Of a DNA stretch of 64,000 bases, positions 61,506 to 64,000 are shown piece after piece. The notes below the pieces were generated by a model, which saw only the letters and a list, made by a program, of their open reading frames with translations, ran no database searches and had not been told where the DNA came from. The DNA is from Okamejei kenojei. Lineage: Eukaryota. Both the position numbers and the translations under genes were made by a program. The stretch lies in NCBI GenBank assembly GCA_035221665.1, contig CM069168.1:6324001-6388000 (forward strand), given 5' to 3'. The first letter of the stretch is position 1. Each line of letters opens with the position of its first letter.

Positions 61506-61607
61506 CTGATGAATACAATTGAACACAAAATCAATTAGGAAAGTGAAAGGCGTATCCAAAATAATAGACAAATCTCTTTCTATGGCGGAAAGACACAAAT
61601 CAAAATG

Positions 61608-62052
61608 TAGTAACACTGCCCAGTCCATCATCGGCTCTGAGCTCCCTTCTATCGAGGGGATCTATCGCAGTCGCTGCCTCAAAAAGTCTGGCAATATCAT
61701 CAAGGACCCACACCATCCTGACCACACACTCATCTCCCTGCTACCTTCAGGTAGAAGGTACAGGAGCCTGAAGACTGCAACAACCAGGTTCAGGAATAGC
61801 TACTTCCCCACAGCCATCAGGCTATTAAACTTGGCTCGGACAAAACTCTGAACATGAATACCCCTTTATCTGTTATTTGCACTTCATCAGTTTATTTATT
61901 CATGTGTGTATATATTTATATAATGGTATATGGACACACTGATCTGTTCTGTAGTCAATGCCTACTATGTTCTGTTGTGCTGAAGCAAAGCAAGAATGTC
62001 ATTGTCCTGTCAGGGACACATGACAATAAACTCCCTTGACTTGACTTGACTG
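61608..62052 (+). mobile_element. Rex1/Babar-type LINE 3' fragment in POLM intron
   Basis: Same C-terminal ORF (LPSGRRYRSLKT...AIRLLN) and tail as 50024-50770. Confidence 0.85.
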
Positions 62053-62109
62053 GAAAGACAAAAAGATAACGAAGTTAACCATTAAATAATAGTGTTGTTT
62101 TCAAATGAC

Positions 62110-62420
62110 TTTAGTTTAGTTTAGAGAAACGCCACAGAAACAGACTTTTCAGCCCACCAAATCTGCAACGACCAGCGATCCCTGTACATCAACACCACCC
62201 ATACACACACTAGGAACAATTTTTACGTTGTAAAAATATTCATACCAAGGCAATTAACCTACAAACTAGTACGTCTTTGAAGTGTGGGAGGAAACCGAAG
62301 ATCTTGGAAAAAACCCCACGCTGGTTACAGGGAGAACGTACAAACTCCGTACAGACAGCACCCGTGGTCGGGATCGAACCCGGTCTCTGGCGCTGTAAGG
62401 CAGTAGCTCTAACACCACCA
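62110..62420 (-). mobile_element. tRNA-derived V-SINE
   Basis: Reverse complement has GGTTCGATCCC B box, V core and (CTAAA)n tail. Confidence 0.85.
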
Positions 62421-62824
62421 CAATGTTGTTTAGAATGGGATGAGCGATTCCATATGGCATTTCCCACACAGCTTCATTTACTCCAGCTTCCCCTTTTGCA
62501 GGCCACCCTCGGGTTACGGATGCATTCCACTTTTACAGACGTCCCCAAGTCAATTTTGTTCACAAAATTGGAAAATTGAAAAAACAAAAATTACTCGATT
62601 TGGTAACTATGCTACCACAGTATTGTAGGCCGGGTCGAGAGGCTCCAACGACGCAGAGGCTCGACCAACCCCGGCCCGGGGTTCGATTGCTGGCGCGAGG
62701 AAGATTACATTCCCCCCGATGCAGGAGCTGATTGCCCTGATGCAGAGGGCCCATACGCTGCCGGCTACAAGAGTCAAGATCGTCCCATCAACGAAGGGCT
62801 CGAGGCCCCCGACCGTGGGAGAGC

Positions 62825-63320
62825 AATTCTTGCTATTGAGGGAGTGCAGCGTAGGTTTACAAGGTTGATTCCCGGGATGGCGGGACTGTCATATGCTGCG
62901 AGAGTGGAGGGGCTGGGCTTGTACACTCTGGAGTTTAGAAGGATGAGAAGGGATCTCATTGAAACATATAAGATTGTTAAGGGTTTGAGGCAGGAAACAT
63001 GTTCCCGATGTTGGGGGAGTTCAGAACCAGGGGCCACAGTTTAAGAATAAGGAGTAAGCCATTTAGAACAGAGACGAAGAAACACTTTTTCTCACAGAGA
63101 GTTGTGAGTCTGTCGAATTCTCTGCCTCAGAGGGCAGTGGAGGCAGGTTCTCTGGATGCTTTCAAGAGAGAGCTAGATAGGGCTCTTGAAAATAGCGGAG
63201 TCAGGGGATATGGGGAGAAAGCAGATACTGATTGGGGATGATCAGCCATTATCACATTAAATGGTGGTGCTGCCTCGAAGGGCCGAATGGCCTACTCCTG
63301 CACCTATTGTCTATTGTCAA
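62825..63320 (+). mobile_element. CR1 LINE 3' fragment nested in an unclassified GC-rich repeat
   Basis: QRRFTRLIPGMAGLSY...; (CTATTGT)n tail. Confidence 0.88.
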
Positions 63321-64000
63321 TAGGTGAGATTGAACTTTTTTTCGTCTTCCATCAAGTGAGGAATGTGGAGGAGTCACTGTGGTGGATGTTTATGTTAAAA
63401 TGCATTTTATGTGTTCCGTTGCTTTTTATTTGCATGATGACTGACTAGGCAAATGAAATTCCTCGTATGTTGCAAAACATACTTGGCCAATCAAGTATTA
63501 TTGTGAGTGTATTGTAATGAATGGTGTTGGTCAGGGCCAATTAAGGACACATTAGGGAACATTAATATTCATCTGGTCTGAAGAATGATCTCAACCCAAA
63601 ACGTCACCCATTTCATCTCTCCAGAGATGCTGCCTGTCCCACTGAGTCACGCCAGTATTTTGTGTCTATCTTCCATTATTATTTATTTTATTTTCTTCCC
63701 CAGCCAGGTCACAATGGTACAAAAACAGGATGTCCCATGCTTTATGGCTGGTTTCAATGCTCGTGTCAGTGACTGTTACATTGCACAATAGACTTGTTGT
63801 ACAAGTGTCAATGGGCACGAGTGCTTATCAGTTTCCAAACCAACTCCCTCAATCTCCCCCAGTGAAACTAGCAGCCCGTGTTCATAAGAGACAATGGGGT
63901 CTGTTCATTTGTCGTTCATTTGAATTGAATAATATTTATTACTCATTCGTAAATATGAGATATCCATAACTTTGGCGTACAAAACCTACCCACCCAGTTT

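Overview
Repeat-rich vertebrate genomic DNA, most likely from a cartilaginous fish (skate/ray/shark), judged from HE1/V-type tRNA SINEs and HER1/CR1-type LINEs. It has two assembly gaps (10425-10567, 10692-11257). Two protein-coding genes lie on the minus strand: the complete 6-exon NUDCD3 (CDS 48857->14043, 1077 nt, 358 aa, all GT-AG introns with consistent phase) and the last four exons of a family-X DNA polymerase, best called POLM (61505->54488). The rest is CR1, Rex1/Babar-L2, L1, RTE and Penelope retroelement fragments, tRNA SINEs, Harbinger and hAT MITEs and simple repeats. The most notable signal is a ~130-140 bp TSD-flanked element present twice (37584-37713 +, 52687-52827 -). Its first 54 nt fold segment-for-segment like the HDV/CPEB3 double-pseudoknot self-cleaving ribozyme, with the element's first base at the predicted cleavage site, followed by a LINE-like (AAG)n tail. 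Also seen: about two dozen minimal hammerhead-ribozyme cores in Penelope-derived fold-back repeats, a pseudoknotted structure at an RTE 5' end, and a Pol mu with TdT-like signature residues. All calls are by eye from the sequence. Repeat boundaries are approximate unless TSDs/TIRs are quoted.
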